Assembly (NCBI GenBank): GCA_016286245.1
Contig: JAEESG010000001.1
Coordinates: 460-64,459, forward strand
Source of the DNA: Clostridiales bacterium
GTDB lineage: Bacteria > Bacillota > Clostridia > Oscillospirales > CAG-382
Length of the DNA stretch: 64,000 nucleotides
Reading direction: 5' to 3'
The translations under genes and the position numbers were made by a program. Shown here piece after piece: positions 36,486 to 45,733 of the stretch. How positions within the stretch are numbered: position 1 is the stretch's first letter; every line of letters starts with the position of its first letter. The notes under the pieces are model-generated. The model made no database searches. It worked only from the letters and a program-made list of their open reading frames with translations, and was not told the DNA's origin.

Positions 36486-37383
36486 AAACACGCTTTCCGG
36501 CAGGATAATAAAAAGCACGGGCGGACTTTATACGGTTGAGGCAAAAGACGGCGGAATTTACGAATGCAGGGCAAAGGGCGCATTCAAAATCGAAAAACTC
36601 ACACCCCTTACCGGCGATAACGTAAAATTTACGGCGTTTGAGGATAAAAGCGGCTTCATTACCGATATTGAGGACAGAAAAAACGCGTTCGTAAGGCCCG
36701 CCGTCGCAAACGTCGATACGTTTATCATCGTTGCGGCGTCGGCAAAGCCCGAGCCCGACCTTTATATTCTCGATAAGCTCACGGCGGTGGCAAAATTCAA
36801 CAATACCGACGTGCTGCTGCTCATAAACAAATGCGATATAAAAAACGCGGACGCGCTTAAAAGCATATATCTTAACGCAGGTATCGACACCGTGTGCCTT
36901 TCGGCTGCAAATATTGATGAAAACAAAGAGATTTTCGAAAAAATAAGAGAAAAAATAAAGGGAAAAACGTGCTTTTTCTCGGGCGCGTCGGGAGTCGGAA
37001 AAACGAGCATATTAAACGCGCTTTACCCCGGATTTGAACTTGAAACGGGGGAGATAAGCAAAAAAATATCGCGCGGAAAACATACGACAAGAGTCAGCAC
37101 GCTTTATAAGGTGGACGAAAATACATATATCGGGGACACACCGGGATTCAGTCTTGTTGATGTGGTAAACTACAATATGCTGACGCTTGACGGACTGCTG
37201 ACGTCGTTTCCCGATATAGAAAAATACGCGAAAAACTGCCTTTATTCCGACTGCACGCATCTCTGCGAGGACGGGTGCTCTGTGATGGAGGCGCAAAAGC
37301 AGGGAAAAATAGAAAAGACGCGGCACGAAAGCTACGTCAAACTTTACGGGGAACTCAAAAAGGTAAAACCGTGGGATAAGTAA
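36478..37383 (+). CDS. rsgA: Ribosome small-subunit-dependent GTPase A
   Basis: LLLINKCD, GASGVGKTS and a C-terminal zinc knuckle (CLYSDCTHLCEDGC) are present. The ATGGCTGA overlap with prkC is seen. Confidence 0.95.
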   Translation: MAENTLSGRIIKSTGGLYTVEAKDGGIYECRAKGAFKIEKLTPLTGDNVKFTAFEDKSGFITDIEDRKNAFVRPAVANVDTFIIVAASAKPEPDLYILDKLTAVAKFNNTDVLLLINKCDIKNADALKSIYLNAGIDTVCLSAANIDENKEIFEKIREKIKGKTCFFSGASGVGKTSILNALYPGFELETGEISKKISRGKHTTRVSTLYKVDENTYIGDTPGFSLVDVVNYNMLTLDGLLTSFPDIEKYAKNCLYSDCTHLCEDGCSVMEAQKQGKIEKTRHESYVKLYGELKKVKPWDK

Positions 37384-37385
37384 AA

Positions 37386-37416
37386 AAGAATGGAACGGAG
37401 TTCCATTCTTTTTTTG
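37386..37416. terminator. Bidirectional terminator between rsgA and the convergent M23 peptidase gene
   Basis: AAGAATGGAAC-gga-GTTCCATTCTT flanked by A- and T-runs. Confidence 0.85.
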
Positions 37417-38310
37417 TTATTTTATGAGATAATCTTCGGGATTTACGGGATTTCCGTCTTTTCGCATTTCAAAATGCAGATGACTTGCCTCCGCCGATTC
37501 GCAAAGGGCGCTGTTTCCGACGCCGCCTATCGTTTCTCCCGTAATGACGTTCTTTCCGACGAAAATTTCGGCGGGCATATCCGGCGAAAGATTGCCGTAT
37601 ACCGACGTTAATCCGTCCTTGTGTGCGATGACGAGCGTCCTTCCCATAAGCGGGTCGTCGTAAATTTCAGAAATTTCACCGTTGCTTGAAGCTCGAACTA
37701 TGCTTCCGACCTCGCAGGCGATATCAATTCCCGGATGCGTTCTGTAATCGTACATCGTCGCGGAATATACGGGAAGGTCCACCGAATATTCTTTTGAAAT
37801 AAAGCCGCCGCACGGGTATATAAAGCCGTCAAAGCCGACGTACTGCACGTCGAAGACGTCCTCCGGCTCCTCGCCGCCGGCTTTTTTGTTTTCAGGCTCC
37901 GGAGATTCATCCGGAACTTCGGGTTGATCTTCAATCTTTTCGGGTTTTGCCTTTACTTCTTCGGTCTTTTCACGGAGCTCTTCTTCACCCGTCTGAATTA
38001 TGCTTTGCGTTTCTGTCTGAGGCGGGACTACCGTCGCGTCAACTCCGCTTTTCGTGTCGGAAACGGGAGTGTCGAAATTAAAATCGGTTATCGGGATTTT
38101 CACCGGGTTTTCGTAATAGGTCTTCGGCGCATCGTCTTTTGCGGACGAGGCGCCGCCCGCGTTCCTTACGGCGTTTCCAACCGATTCCGTAAAGGAAGAG
38201 GTTATGGTATTGACCGTAAAGGCAAATACTGTAACCGCAAGAGCGATGTAAACGGCTCCGCTTAAAATCTGCTTTTTGATTTTCGATTTATTATCATTTG
38301 TATTTTTCAC
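37417..38310 (-). CDS. M23-family (LytM-type) peptidoglycan endopeptidase with an N-terminal TM anchor
   Basis: HPGIDIA and SHLHFEM motifs are present. A GTG start at 38310 is preferred because a GGAGGTG RBS lies 7 nt upstream. The ORF-track ATG at 38328 sits inside that RBS. Confidence 0.88.
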   Translation of the reverse strand: MKNTNDNKSKIKKQILSGAVYIALAVTVFAFTVNTITSSFTESVGNAVRNAGGASSAKDDAPKTYYENPVKIPITDFNFDTPVSDTKSGVDATVVPPQTETQSIIQTGEEELREKTEEVKAKPEKIEDQPEVPDESPEPENKKAGGEEPEDVFDVQYVGFDGFIYPCGGFISKEYSVDLPVYSATMYDYRTHPGIDIACEVGSIVRASSNGEISEIYDDPLMGRTLVIAHKDGLTSVYGNLSPDMPAEIFVGKNVITGETIGGVGNSALCESAEASHLHFEMRKDGNPVNPEDYLIK

Positions 38311-38390
38311 AAAAAAACACCTCCGCATATATTTTTGCCTTTTGGGTGAAATATATACGGAGGTTTGGTTTTTTTAATTAAAAATGAATA

Positions 38391-39332
38391 TTATTTGTAG
38401 TTTTCAAAAAGTTTCTGGGAGCGGGTAAAATCAATGGGGTCGGTGAGGTTCAACGTTATGAATACGCTGTTGCCGGAATATTCTCCGAAATTGAGCAGGA
38501 GATTTAAGTTTGATGTTATGTCAGACACGGTAAAATTGGTTTCCGTCTGCGCAAGAATCTCAGACGCCGAGGAAAGAAGAACCGTCGGGTCGGATTTCAC
38601 TATCTGCAAAAGCGCCTCTTTTATAAAGGAAACCTGAGTTTGTGCACGGGAGTAATTGTTTCTCGACTCGTCGTTCGTGTAATAGGAAAAACGCAAAAGC
38701 TGCAGTATCTGATTTGAGTTGAGTACCTGACCTCCGGCTTTGAGGTTGATTTCGGGATTGCTTTCGGTGCCGTTTCCCACAAAATACATGTCTGTCGGGA
38801 CTTCGTAATAAAGCCCGCCCGTCTTGTCGAACATGGAAAGTGCGGTGTTTACGTCAAAAAACGCATAGTAGTCTATTTTCATACCGGTCATTGCGTAAAG
38901 CGTGTCAACCGTCTTGGAAGGAAGCTCACTTTCGCGGTAAACCTTCGGGAAATCCTTTATTCGAACGCTTGTCTTTGCGGATTTTCCCGTCGCAGGGTCC
39001 GTGCTTTTTATCGTAACCGACAGAGCGGTGGGAATCGACGCGATAATGAAGCGCTTGTTTTCCTTGTCGCATTTTATGAAAATAAGTCCGTCAAGCTCGC
39101 TGCCGTCCGAGTCGTATCCGCCGACTATAGCGGTAAACGTCTTTGAGGTGTCGAGATACGGGTTGATTTCAATGTTTTCCGTAATATCGGTTTCGCTTTT
39201 GTCGGAAGAATCGGGATTGTTTTCGACTTTCTTTTCGGGATTCATTATGCTCTTTGAAACGAAAAACGCAAATATGCCGAAAACGACAATACCTGCCGCA
39301 AGAGCAATAAAGAAATTTTTCATACTTTGCAT
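38391..39332 (-). CDS. Divergent LCP (LytR-CpsA-Psr)-like protein with an N-terminal TM segment
   Basis: The layout matches the LCP fold: TM, FTAIVGGYDSDG...DGLIFIKCD...IIASIPTAL...MKIDYYAFFDVNTALSMFDKTGGLYYEVP. The usual R-S-D and SIPRD residues are replaced. Confidence 0.5.
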   Translation of the reverse strand: MQSMKNFFIALAAGIVVFGIFAFFVSKSIMNPEKKVENNPDSSDKSETDITENIEINPYLDTSKTFTAIVGGYDSDGSELDGLIFIKCDKENKRFIIASIPTALSVTIKSTDPATGKSAKTSVRIKDFPKVYRESELPSKTVDTLYAMTGMKIDYYAFFDVNTALSMFDKTGGLYYEVPTDMYFVGNGTESNPEINLKAGGQVLNSNQILQLLRFSYYTNDESRNNYSRAQTQVSFIKEALLQIVKSDPTVLLSSASEILAQTETNFTVSDITSNLNLLLNFGEYSGNSVFITLNLTDPIDFTRSQKLFENYK

Positions 39333-39351
39333 GTTAATTCCTCCGGAAAGG

Positions 39352-39906
39352 TTATTTGTTGTATTTTTCTATTGCAATAATAAAAGAAGCGTCGGGAGAA
39401 TTTATGATATGAAAATGGGTAATGCAGTAGTCTTTTTTGTCGTATTTTGAGAGCATTTCAAGAAGCTTTTCGCCCTCGATTCTTCCTTCCTCGTGCCCGG
39501 GATAAACGCATATAACGATGTAACCGCCTTTTTTCAGCATGCCTATAGCGTCTTTTACGGCTTTGAGCGTGCTTTCGTGCATGGTGTGCACCGACTTGTC
39601 CGAGCCGGGCAGATATCCGAGGTTGAACATTCCGGCGTCAATCGGTTCTTTAATGTAATTTGCGGCGTTTTCATGGCCGTCCTTTATTAAAATCACGTTT
39701 TTGTATCCGGCCTTGTCAAGACGCGCTTTGGTGTTTATGAGCGCGTCGGTCTGGACGTCGAAGGCGTAAACTTTTCCGTTCGGGACCAAAGACGCAAGAT
39801 AAAGCGTGTCGTAACCGTTTCCCATAGTAAAGTCCGCGACAACCGAATTCGGCTTTATATCCGCCTGTTTTAAGAAATTTTTCGCAAAATCCAACAATTT
39901 TATCAT
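39352..39906 (-). CDS. mnmM: SAM-dependent methyltransferase of the YtqB/MnmM type (tRNA mnm5s2U34 methyltransferase)
   Basis: 184 aa. VADFTMGNGYDTLYLA...GKVYAFDVQ and GYLPGSDK...VYPGHEEG motifs are present. Confidence 0.75.
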   Translation of the reverse strand: MIKLLDFAKNFLKQADIKPNSVVADFTMGNGYDTLYLASLVPNGKVYAFDVQTDALINTKARLDKAGYKNVILIKDGHENAANYIKEPIDAGMFNLGYLPGSDKSVHTMHESTLKAVKDAIGMLKKGGYIVICVYPGHEEGRIEGEKLLEMLSKYDKKDYCITHFHIINSPDASFIIAIEKYNK

Positions 39907-40042
39907 AAATACCTCAAAAAAAGCAACTTAATTCTGTAATGATTATAGCACTTATAAAGAAAGTAGTCAAGAAAAACAAAAAGCGGAGTTTTTTTGAAAA
40001 ATCGGGAAAGAATAATAAAAAAACAAAAAAAGGAAACCGGAT

Positions 40043-41680
40043 ATGTATATAAGACGCGTGTACACGCTTTTTTGTGCCATGATTTTACTGTCTGGTGCGC
40101 TGATCTTGAAACTTTACGATATCGCAATGTACGACGACACCGCGGTGGGCGCTCTTTCGGGGCAGTATACGAGAAAGGTAGCCGTGCTTGAACGGACGGG
40201 CTTTGTTTTTGACAGAAACGAAAATATAATTTCCCATAAAACGGACGGCGGCGTGTGCGTTATAAATCCGCAGAGCATACGGGACGAAAACGACGTCGTG
40301 GAATACCTTGAAAAGTGCGCGAAAACCGATATAAACGAAATAATAGAAAAACTGTATAAAAACGAGCCTTTTACGCTTGCGCTTGAGAACGTTCCCGACC
40401 AAAACGCTCCCTGCGGACTGTACGTTTTCGAAAAATATGACGAAAACGACAACTTTTTCTGCCGTCATCTGCTCGGATACCGCAACGCCGACGGGAAAGG
40501 CGTTGCGGGCGTGTACCGCAGGTTCGGGGAGACGCTGTCGTTTCTTTCGGGAAGCATTGAATACACCTACGAGGCGGACCCGAAGAACAAGCCGTTTTCA
40601 GACAACGGCTTTCGCATAAGCGATAAGAACTATTCGGCAAAAAACGGCGTCGTTCTGACGATAGACGAAAGAATTCAGAGAATCTGCGACGAGGTGTGCG
40701 ACGAAAATCTTGTAAACGGCGCGGTTGTTGTCTGCGACGTTTCGGATAATTCGATTGCCGCAATTTCTTCAAGACCGCTTTACGAGAAGGACAATATTGC
40801 AAAAAGCCTCGATTCCCCGTCGGGAGATCTCATCAATAAGGCGTTTGCACTTTATACGCCGGGTTCCGTGTTCAAGACGGTCGTTGCGGCAAGCGCACTC
40901 GAAAAGAATCCCGGGCTTTTCGATTTTGAATATGAGTGCACGGGGAGCGTCAAGGTGGGAGAAAAGGTTTTCCGCTGTCATAATCTTGCGGGACACGGAA
41001 AACAGACCATGAAGGAGGCGTACGCAAATTCCTGCAACACGTATTTTTACACGCTGGCAAGTAAGGTCGGCTACGAGGAAATATGCTACACCGCAAAGGA
41101 AATGGGCTTGGGTGAGGAGACGGCGTTTTCGGGAATAAACGTAAGAAAAGCGAGCATCCCGAAAGCCGAAGAAAGCCACCCCGCTTTGTATCTTGCAAAT
41201 ATGGCGATAGGGCAGGGAGATTTGCTTTTCAGCCCCGTTGACGTGATGAAGATAATTCTTTGCGCGCTTAGCGGTGAAAAAGCAAGTTTCAGCCTTGTAA
41301 AGAGAATAATTTATCCGTCGGGAAGCGCCGAAATCGAAAACAAACGCGAAAAAAAGAGGGTGCTTTGCGAAAACACCGTTGAAAAGCTGAAAATTATGAT
41401 GAGATACTGCGTTACCGACGGGACGGGAAAGGAGGCGTATACGCCCGATATTTCGTCGGGCGCAAAGACGGCGACTGCGCAGACGGGGCAGTTTGAGGAC
41501 GGCAGGGAGATACTGCATAAATGGTTTGCGGGATACTTTCCCGAAGAAAAACCGCAGTACGCCGTCGTCGTTTTTTGCGACGGACACGCAAAAAACAACG
41601 CCTCCGCGGCAAAAATCTTTAAAGAACTCGCAAAAAGAATTTCGTTTACAAACGAAAGCATGTATGATAAAATAGAGTAG
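40043..41680 (+). CDS. Class B penicillin-binding protein (transpeptidase; FtsI/SpoVD-like)
   Basis: It has an N-terminal TM segment, SVFK (SxxK), SCN (SxN), and a KTA variant of the KTG box. Confidence 0.85.
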   Translation: MYIRRVYTLFCAMILLSGALILKLYDIAMYDDTAVGALSGQYTRKVAVLERTGFVFDRNENIISHKTDGGVCVINPQSIRDENDVVEYLEKCAKTDINEIIEKLYKNEPFTLALENVPDQNAPCGLYVFEKYDENDNFFCRHLLGYRNADGKGVAGVYRRFGETLSFLSGSIEYTYEADPKNKPFSDNGFRISDKNYSAKNGVVLTIDERIQRICDEVCDENLVNGAVVVCDVSDNSIAAISSRPLYEKDNIAKSLDSPSGDLINKAFALYTPGSVFKTVVAASALEKNPGLFDFEYECTGSVKVGEKVFRCHNLAGHGKQTMKEAYANSCNTYFYTLASKVGYEEICYTAKEMGLGEETAFSGINVRKASIPKAEESHPALYLANMAIGQGDLLFSPVDVMKIILCALSGEKASFSLVKRIIYPSGSAEIENKREKKRVLCENTVEKLKIMMRYCVTDGTGKEAYTPDISSGAKTATAQTGQFEDGREILHKWFAGYFPEEKPQYAVVVFCDGHAKNNASAAKIFKELAKRISFTNESMYDKIE

Positions 41681-41687
41681 GAAAACG

Positions 41688-41716
41688 TGCATAATTATGT
41701 AATTTTCGTCAATAAT
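41688..41716 (+). promoter_or_regulatory. Candidate sigmaF-type forespore promoter of spoIIR
   Basis: TGCATA (41688-41693), 14 nt spacer, GTCAATAAT (41708-41716). The sigmaF consensus is GCATA / GGnnAnAAT. spoIIR is sigmaF-dependent in Bacillus subtilis. Confidence 0.4.
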
Positions 41717-41748
41717 GACAGTAAAACTTCATAAAGGAGACTGTCATT

Positions 41749-42414
41749 GTGAAAAGAAATAAAATATCGAGGGCGTTTTTCGAAAATCTTCCCGCCGCAC
41801 TTGTCGCGGGAGCCGTAACTTTCATCGTCTTTTACGCCGCAGTAAGAGCAATTCCGCTCGAAAACGAAAAAATTTTCGACGTAAGGGACAATACAATACG
41901 CCTTCGCGTCGTGGCAAATTCGGACGTCGAGAGCGACCAGACGCTAAAGCTTCAGGTAAGGGACGAAATAATACAAATCGCAAAAGAGCTGTTTTCGGAA
42001 AACGAAGGTGTTGAAAAAGCGGCCTTTATTGCTTATAATAATATTGAAAGAATAAGGGAGAAGGCGCAGGACACGGTAATTGAGCGCGGGTACGACTATA
42101 ACGTTGACGTAACGCTTGAAAAGGAAAAATGCCCGTTAAGACGGTATTCCGATTTTACGTTTCCCGCCGGCGAGTATCTGACGCTGCGCGTTGATATAGG
42201 GGACGCGAAAGGTAAAAACTGGTGGTGCGTAATGTATCCGCCGCTGTGCTTCAATATCGCGTCGGAGGAATCGGAAAACGAAGCGGAAACGTTTCTTGCG
42301 TACGGATTTTCGCAAAAAGATTTGCAAAAGCTTTACGAAAATACCGAAAAAACAGGTAAAATTCAGACGAGAATCGCGGCTCTCGACCTCATTTATAATA
42401 TTTTCGGCAAATGA
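41749..42414 (+). CDS. spoIIR: Stage II sporulation protein R
   Basis: IRLRVVANSDVESDQTLKLQVRDEI and WWCVMYPPLCF motifs are present. GTG start after an AAGGAG RBS. Confidence 0.9.
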   Translation: MKRNKISRAFFENLPAALVAGAVTFIVFYAAVRAIPLENEKIFDVRDNTIRLRVVANSDVESDQTLKLQVRDEIIQIAKELFSENEGVEKAAFIAYNNIERIREKAQDTVIERGYDYNVDVTLEKEKCPLRRYSDFTFPAGEYLTLRVDIGDAKGKNWWCVMYPPLCFNIASEESENEAETFLAYGFSQKDLQKLYENTEKTGKIQTRIAALDLIYNIFGK

Positions 42415-42439
42415 CGGAAAAAAGAAAGGGAAAAAAAGC

Positions 42440-45400
42440 ATGCTTTACAGGGTATTTGGACTTCACGGAAGCGGAAAAACCGAATATTTGTTTTCGGAAC
42501 TCGAAAAGTGCGTAGAGCGTAAAAAGGACGCTTTTCTCATCGTACCCGAACAGCAGGCGCTCTTTGCCGAAAGAATGCTCATAAAACGCCTCGGAAATCC
42601 CGCGAATATGTATATCGAAGTCATAAATTTCAAACGGCTCTGCAACAGGGTTTTCAGAGAATGCGGCGGAATCGCGGGGGAGACCGGAAATAAAATCGTA
42701 AAACAGCTCTGTATGGCGCAGGTTGCGCACGAATTGAAGGACGAGCTGAGAGAGTATAAGGAAACGGCGGACGACGCGGATTTCGCTGAAAAAATGCTTT
42801 CCTTTTCCGAGGAACTCAAAAGATACAGAATTACGCCCGAAATGCTTGAAAAAGCGGCAGGCGGGATTGAAAACGCCGAGGATATACAGCTGAAAAACAA
42901 AATACACGACGCGTCGCTTCTTTGCCGCGGATACGACGCGTATATAAACGAAAAAACCGATTTTTCGGGAGATCTGCTTGATAAACTGTATGAAACGCTG
43001 AAAACTTTCGACTTTTTTTCGGGAAAAACGGTGTTCGTTGACTCGTTTTACGGCTTTACTCCGCAGGAAACGGCAATTCTCGAAAGAATAATAAGGACAG
43101 CCGAAAACACCTGCATAACGTTCCTGTGCGAAAGCGAAAAGCAGACGGATAAATGCTTTTCGAGAGGAACAGACGCCGCACTTTCGATTAAAAGAATTTG
43201 TACGAAGTACGACGTTGAATATAAAGACGTATTTTTACGCGAAAACCTGAAATATGACAAAAATTCCGGGCTTTATAAAATTTCAAAGGAATTTTCGCTC
43301 GAAGCCCTCTCGAAAAAATCCGACGGAAAAAAATATGACGACGTAAAGATAATAAAATGCGAGGATACATACGCGCAGAGCAGGTGCGCCGCAAAAATCG
43401 CGTCCGACTTGATTCTGTCCGGAGTAAAGCCCAGGGAAATCGCAATCTGCGCAAGAAACCCCGACGAGTTCGAGGGCGTAATAGATTATGCGTTTGAAAA
43501 CGCGCACATTCCCTTTTCGTTTGACAAGAAATTCGACCTTATGTCGACGGGAGCCGCGTCGCTTGTGCTCTCGGCGTTTGAGATTTATTTCTCGTGGAGC
43601 CTTCAGGCAGCGGTATCTTTTCTCAAGACGGGACTTTCGGGACTTTCCGACGAGGATACCGACACGCTCGAAATGTATATGCGGACCTGGAACGTAAACG
43701 GAAAGAAGTATTTTCACGAGAATTGGTATATGAATCCCGACGGCGTTACCGAGGAAGAACCGGACAAAGAGCGGATTGAAAAGATAAACAACGCGAAAGA
43801 AACGTTTCTGTCGGTAATCGACGCGTTCTGCGAAAGGGTGTCGGGCGCAGAGAAAACGAAGGACTTGTGCGACGCCGTATATATGCTGACGGTCGACGCG
43901 GCGCACGCGGGCGGAAAAGACGCGTTTGACGACGGAGCGGGCGGAATTTATACCGATTTGCTTTACAAGATTTTAGACGATTTCTGGCAGGCGGCGGGAG
44001 ACGAAAAAATGTCTCCGAAACGATTTTACGAGCTGTTCAGGTTCGCATCAGGCAGCGCCGATATGGGAAAAATCCCCGAGCTTCTCGACCAGGTGAGATT
44101 TTCCGACGTGAGCCTTATGAGAACGGACGGTGTGAAATACGTAATAATGCTCGACGTGTGCGACGGAATTTTTCCGGCGCCGCCGTCCGGAAACGAATTT
44201 TTTGCCGACAGGGAAAAGAAAATGTTGAAAGAACGCGGAATAGAGCTTTCGGAGCTCGATTCGGAGCGCGCGTACGACGAGATTTTCCTTGCGTATACGG
44301 CGCTGTGCTCGGCAAGGAGCGGCGCATACGTTTTGTACCGCGAAAAAGATTTTTCGGACAACAGAATGTATCCGTCGGTAATCGTAAGAATTCTTCAGAA
44401 AATGCTGTCGGTGAGCGACGAAGATATTGAAAAGAACGGTTTTGATTCGGGAGACGTCATGAATTTCGCGCTGTCGGACGAAGCTCTTTTTGAAAACTAT
44501 CTTTCGCTTGAAGAAACGAAAGAAAGGCAGACGCTGAAGGAATATTTTTCGGATATTCCCGGATTCAAAAAGAAAATCGAGCTTGACGAAAAGCCCGATT
44601 TTACGGACGAGGCGCTTGACGGCGAGTTTCTTGACGAAGCTTTCCCGAAAAAAATACAAAGCAGCTTTTCGCGGCTTGAGAAATTCAATTACTGCCCGTT
44701 TTCTTATTTCTGCAGATATACGCTTGGAGTAAATCCCGAAAAAACGGCGTCTATCGGCGACGTTGAAACGGGAAATATCGTACATAAGGCGCTGGAACTT
44801 ATTCTTCCCGTAATTTCCGAAAAGTTCGCAAAAGACGGAGACGTAACCGACGATGAAATAAACGCCGAAGCGGACAGGGTGCTCGAAAACATACTCAAAA
44901 ACATTTTCACATACAGCGGAAGCGCGTTTACAAAGAGATTCGAGTATACGTTCGGCAAGCTTTCAAAGACGATAAAGGCGATATGCGCTGAGATGGCAAA
45001 GGAATTAAAAGCGTCATTGTTTACGCCTTCGGATTTTGAACTTGAAATATCCGATTTTTCCGGCGTAAAACCCGTAAAAAAGCAGCTTGAAAACGGAAAA
45101 ACTCTGAGTATCACGGGAAAAATAGACAGAGTGGATTTGTTCTGCGACAAAAAAACCGGAAAAACGTGGGTGCGCGTTGTCGACTATAAGACGGGAAGCA
45201 GAAAATTCGAAATCGAGGACGTTAAAAACGGCTTTAATCTGCAAATGCTTCTTTATCTCTATACGCTCGTGCATAATTCTTCCGAAAAGTACAAAAACGT
45301 GTATCCCGCGGGCGTAATCTACAAAATGGTAATCCCCGACGTAAAGAAGGTTTCGCTGTCAGCCGCGGAAAAAGGCGGAGAAAGCGGGGGAATATACGGA

Positions 45401-45733
45401 AAAACAGACGGCGTCGTCGTTTCGGATATGGATATAATATTTGCGATGGACAAAACGCTTGACAAGAAATTTATTCCCGTAAAACTCTCGGAAAAGGACG
45501 GAACCGTAAAAGGCGCTCTTGATTTGGAAAAACTGTCGGAACTGCTTGAAGACGCGGTAAATAAGGCGGGCGAAATTGCGTGCGCGATGTCAGAGGGCGT
45601 AAAGAGCGCAAATCCTTATAAGGATAAAAGCCGCGACGCGTGCGAATACTGCGACGTGAGAAGCATCTGCCCGTCGGTAAAGGGAAAGAAGAATTACGTC
45701 GGGCTGTCGGACGACGGGGAAGACGGGGATTAA
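42440..45733 (+). CDS. addB: ATP-dependent helicase/deoxyribonuclease subunit B (AddB/RexB)
   Basis: The N-terminal Walker A is GLHGSGKTE. The C-terminal PD-(D/E)xK nuclease region carries Fe-S cysteines (FNYCPFSYFC ... CEYCDVRSIC). The start was trimmed from 42296 to the ATG at 42440. Confidence 0.88.
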   Translation: MLYRVFGLHGSGKTEYLFSELEKCVERKKDAFLIVPEQQALFAERMLIKRLGNPANMYIEVINFKRLCNRVFRECGGIAGETGNKIVKQLCMAQVAHELKDELREYKETADDADFAEKMLSFSEELKRYRITPEMLEKAAGGIENAEDIQLKNKIHDASLLCRGYDAYINEKTDFSGDLLDKLYETLKTFDFFSGKTVFVDSFYGFTPQETAILERIIRTAENTCITFLCESEKQTDKCFSRGTDAALSIKRICTKYDVEYKDVFLRENLKYDKNSGLYKISKEFSLEALSKKSDGKKYDDVKIIKCEDTYAQSRCAAKIASDLILSGVKPREIAICARNPDEFEGVIDYAFENAHIPFSFDKKFDLMSTGAASLVLSAFEIYFSWSLQAAVSFLKTGLSGLSDEDTDTLEMYMRTWNVNGKKYFHENWYMNPDGVTEEEPDKERIEKINNAKETFLSVIDAFCERVSGAEKTKDLCDAVYMLTVDAAHAGGKDAFDDGAGGIYTDLLYKILDDFWQAAGDEKMSPKRFYELFRFASGSADMGKIPELLDQVRFSDVSLMRTDGVKYVIMLDVCDGIFPAPPSGNEFFADREKKMLKERGIELSELDSERAYDEIFLAYTALCSARSGAYVLYREKDFSDNRMYPSVIVRILQKMLSVSDEDIEKNGFDSGDVMNFALSDEALFENYLSLEETKERQTLKEYFSDIPGFKKKIELDEKPDFTDEALDGEFLDEAFPKKIQSSFSRLEKFNYCPFSYFCRYTLGVNPEKTASIGDVETGNIVHKALELILPVISEKFAKDGDVTDDEINAEADRVLENILKNIFTYSGSAFTKRFEYTFGKLSKTIKAICAEMAKELKASLFTPSDFELEISDFSGVKPVKKQLENGKTLSITGKIDRVDLFCDKKTGKTWVRVVDYKTGSRKFEIEDVKNGFNLQMLLYLYTLVHNSSEKYKNVYPAGVIYKMVIPDVKKVSLSAAEKGGESGGIYGKTDGVVVSDMDIIFAMDKTLDKKFIPVKLSEKDGTVKGALDLEKLSELLEDAVNKAGEIACAMSEGVKSANPYKDKSRDACEYCDVRSICPSVKGKKNYVGLSDDGEDGD

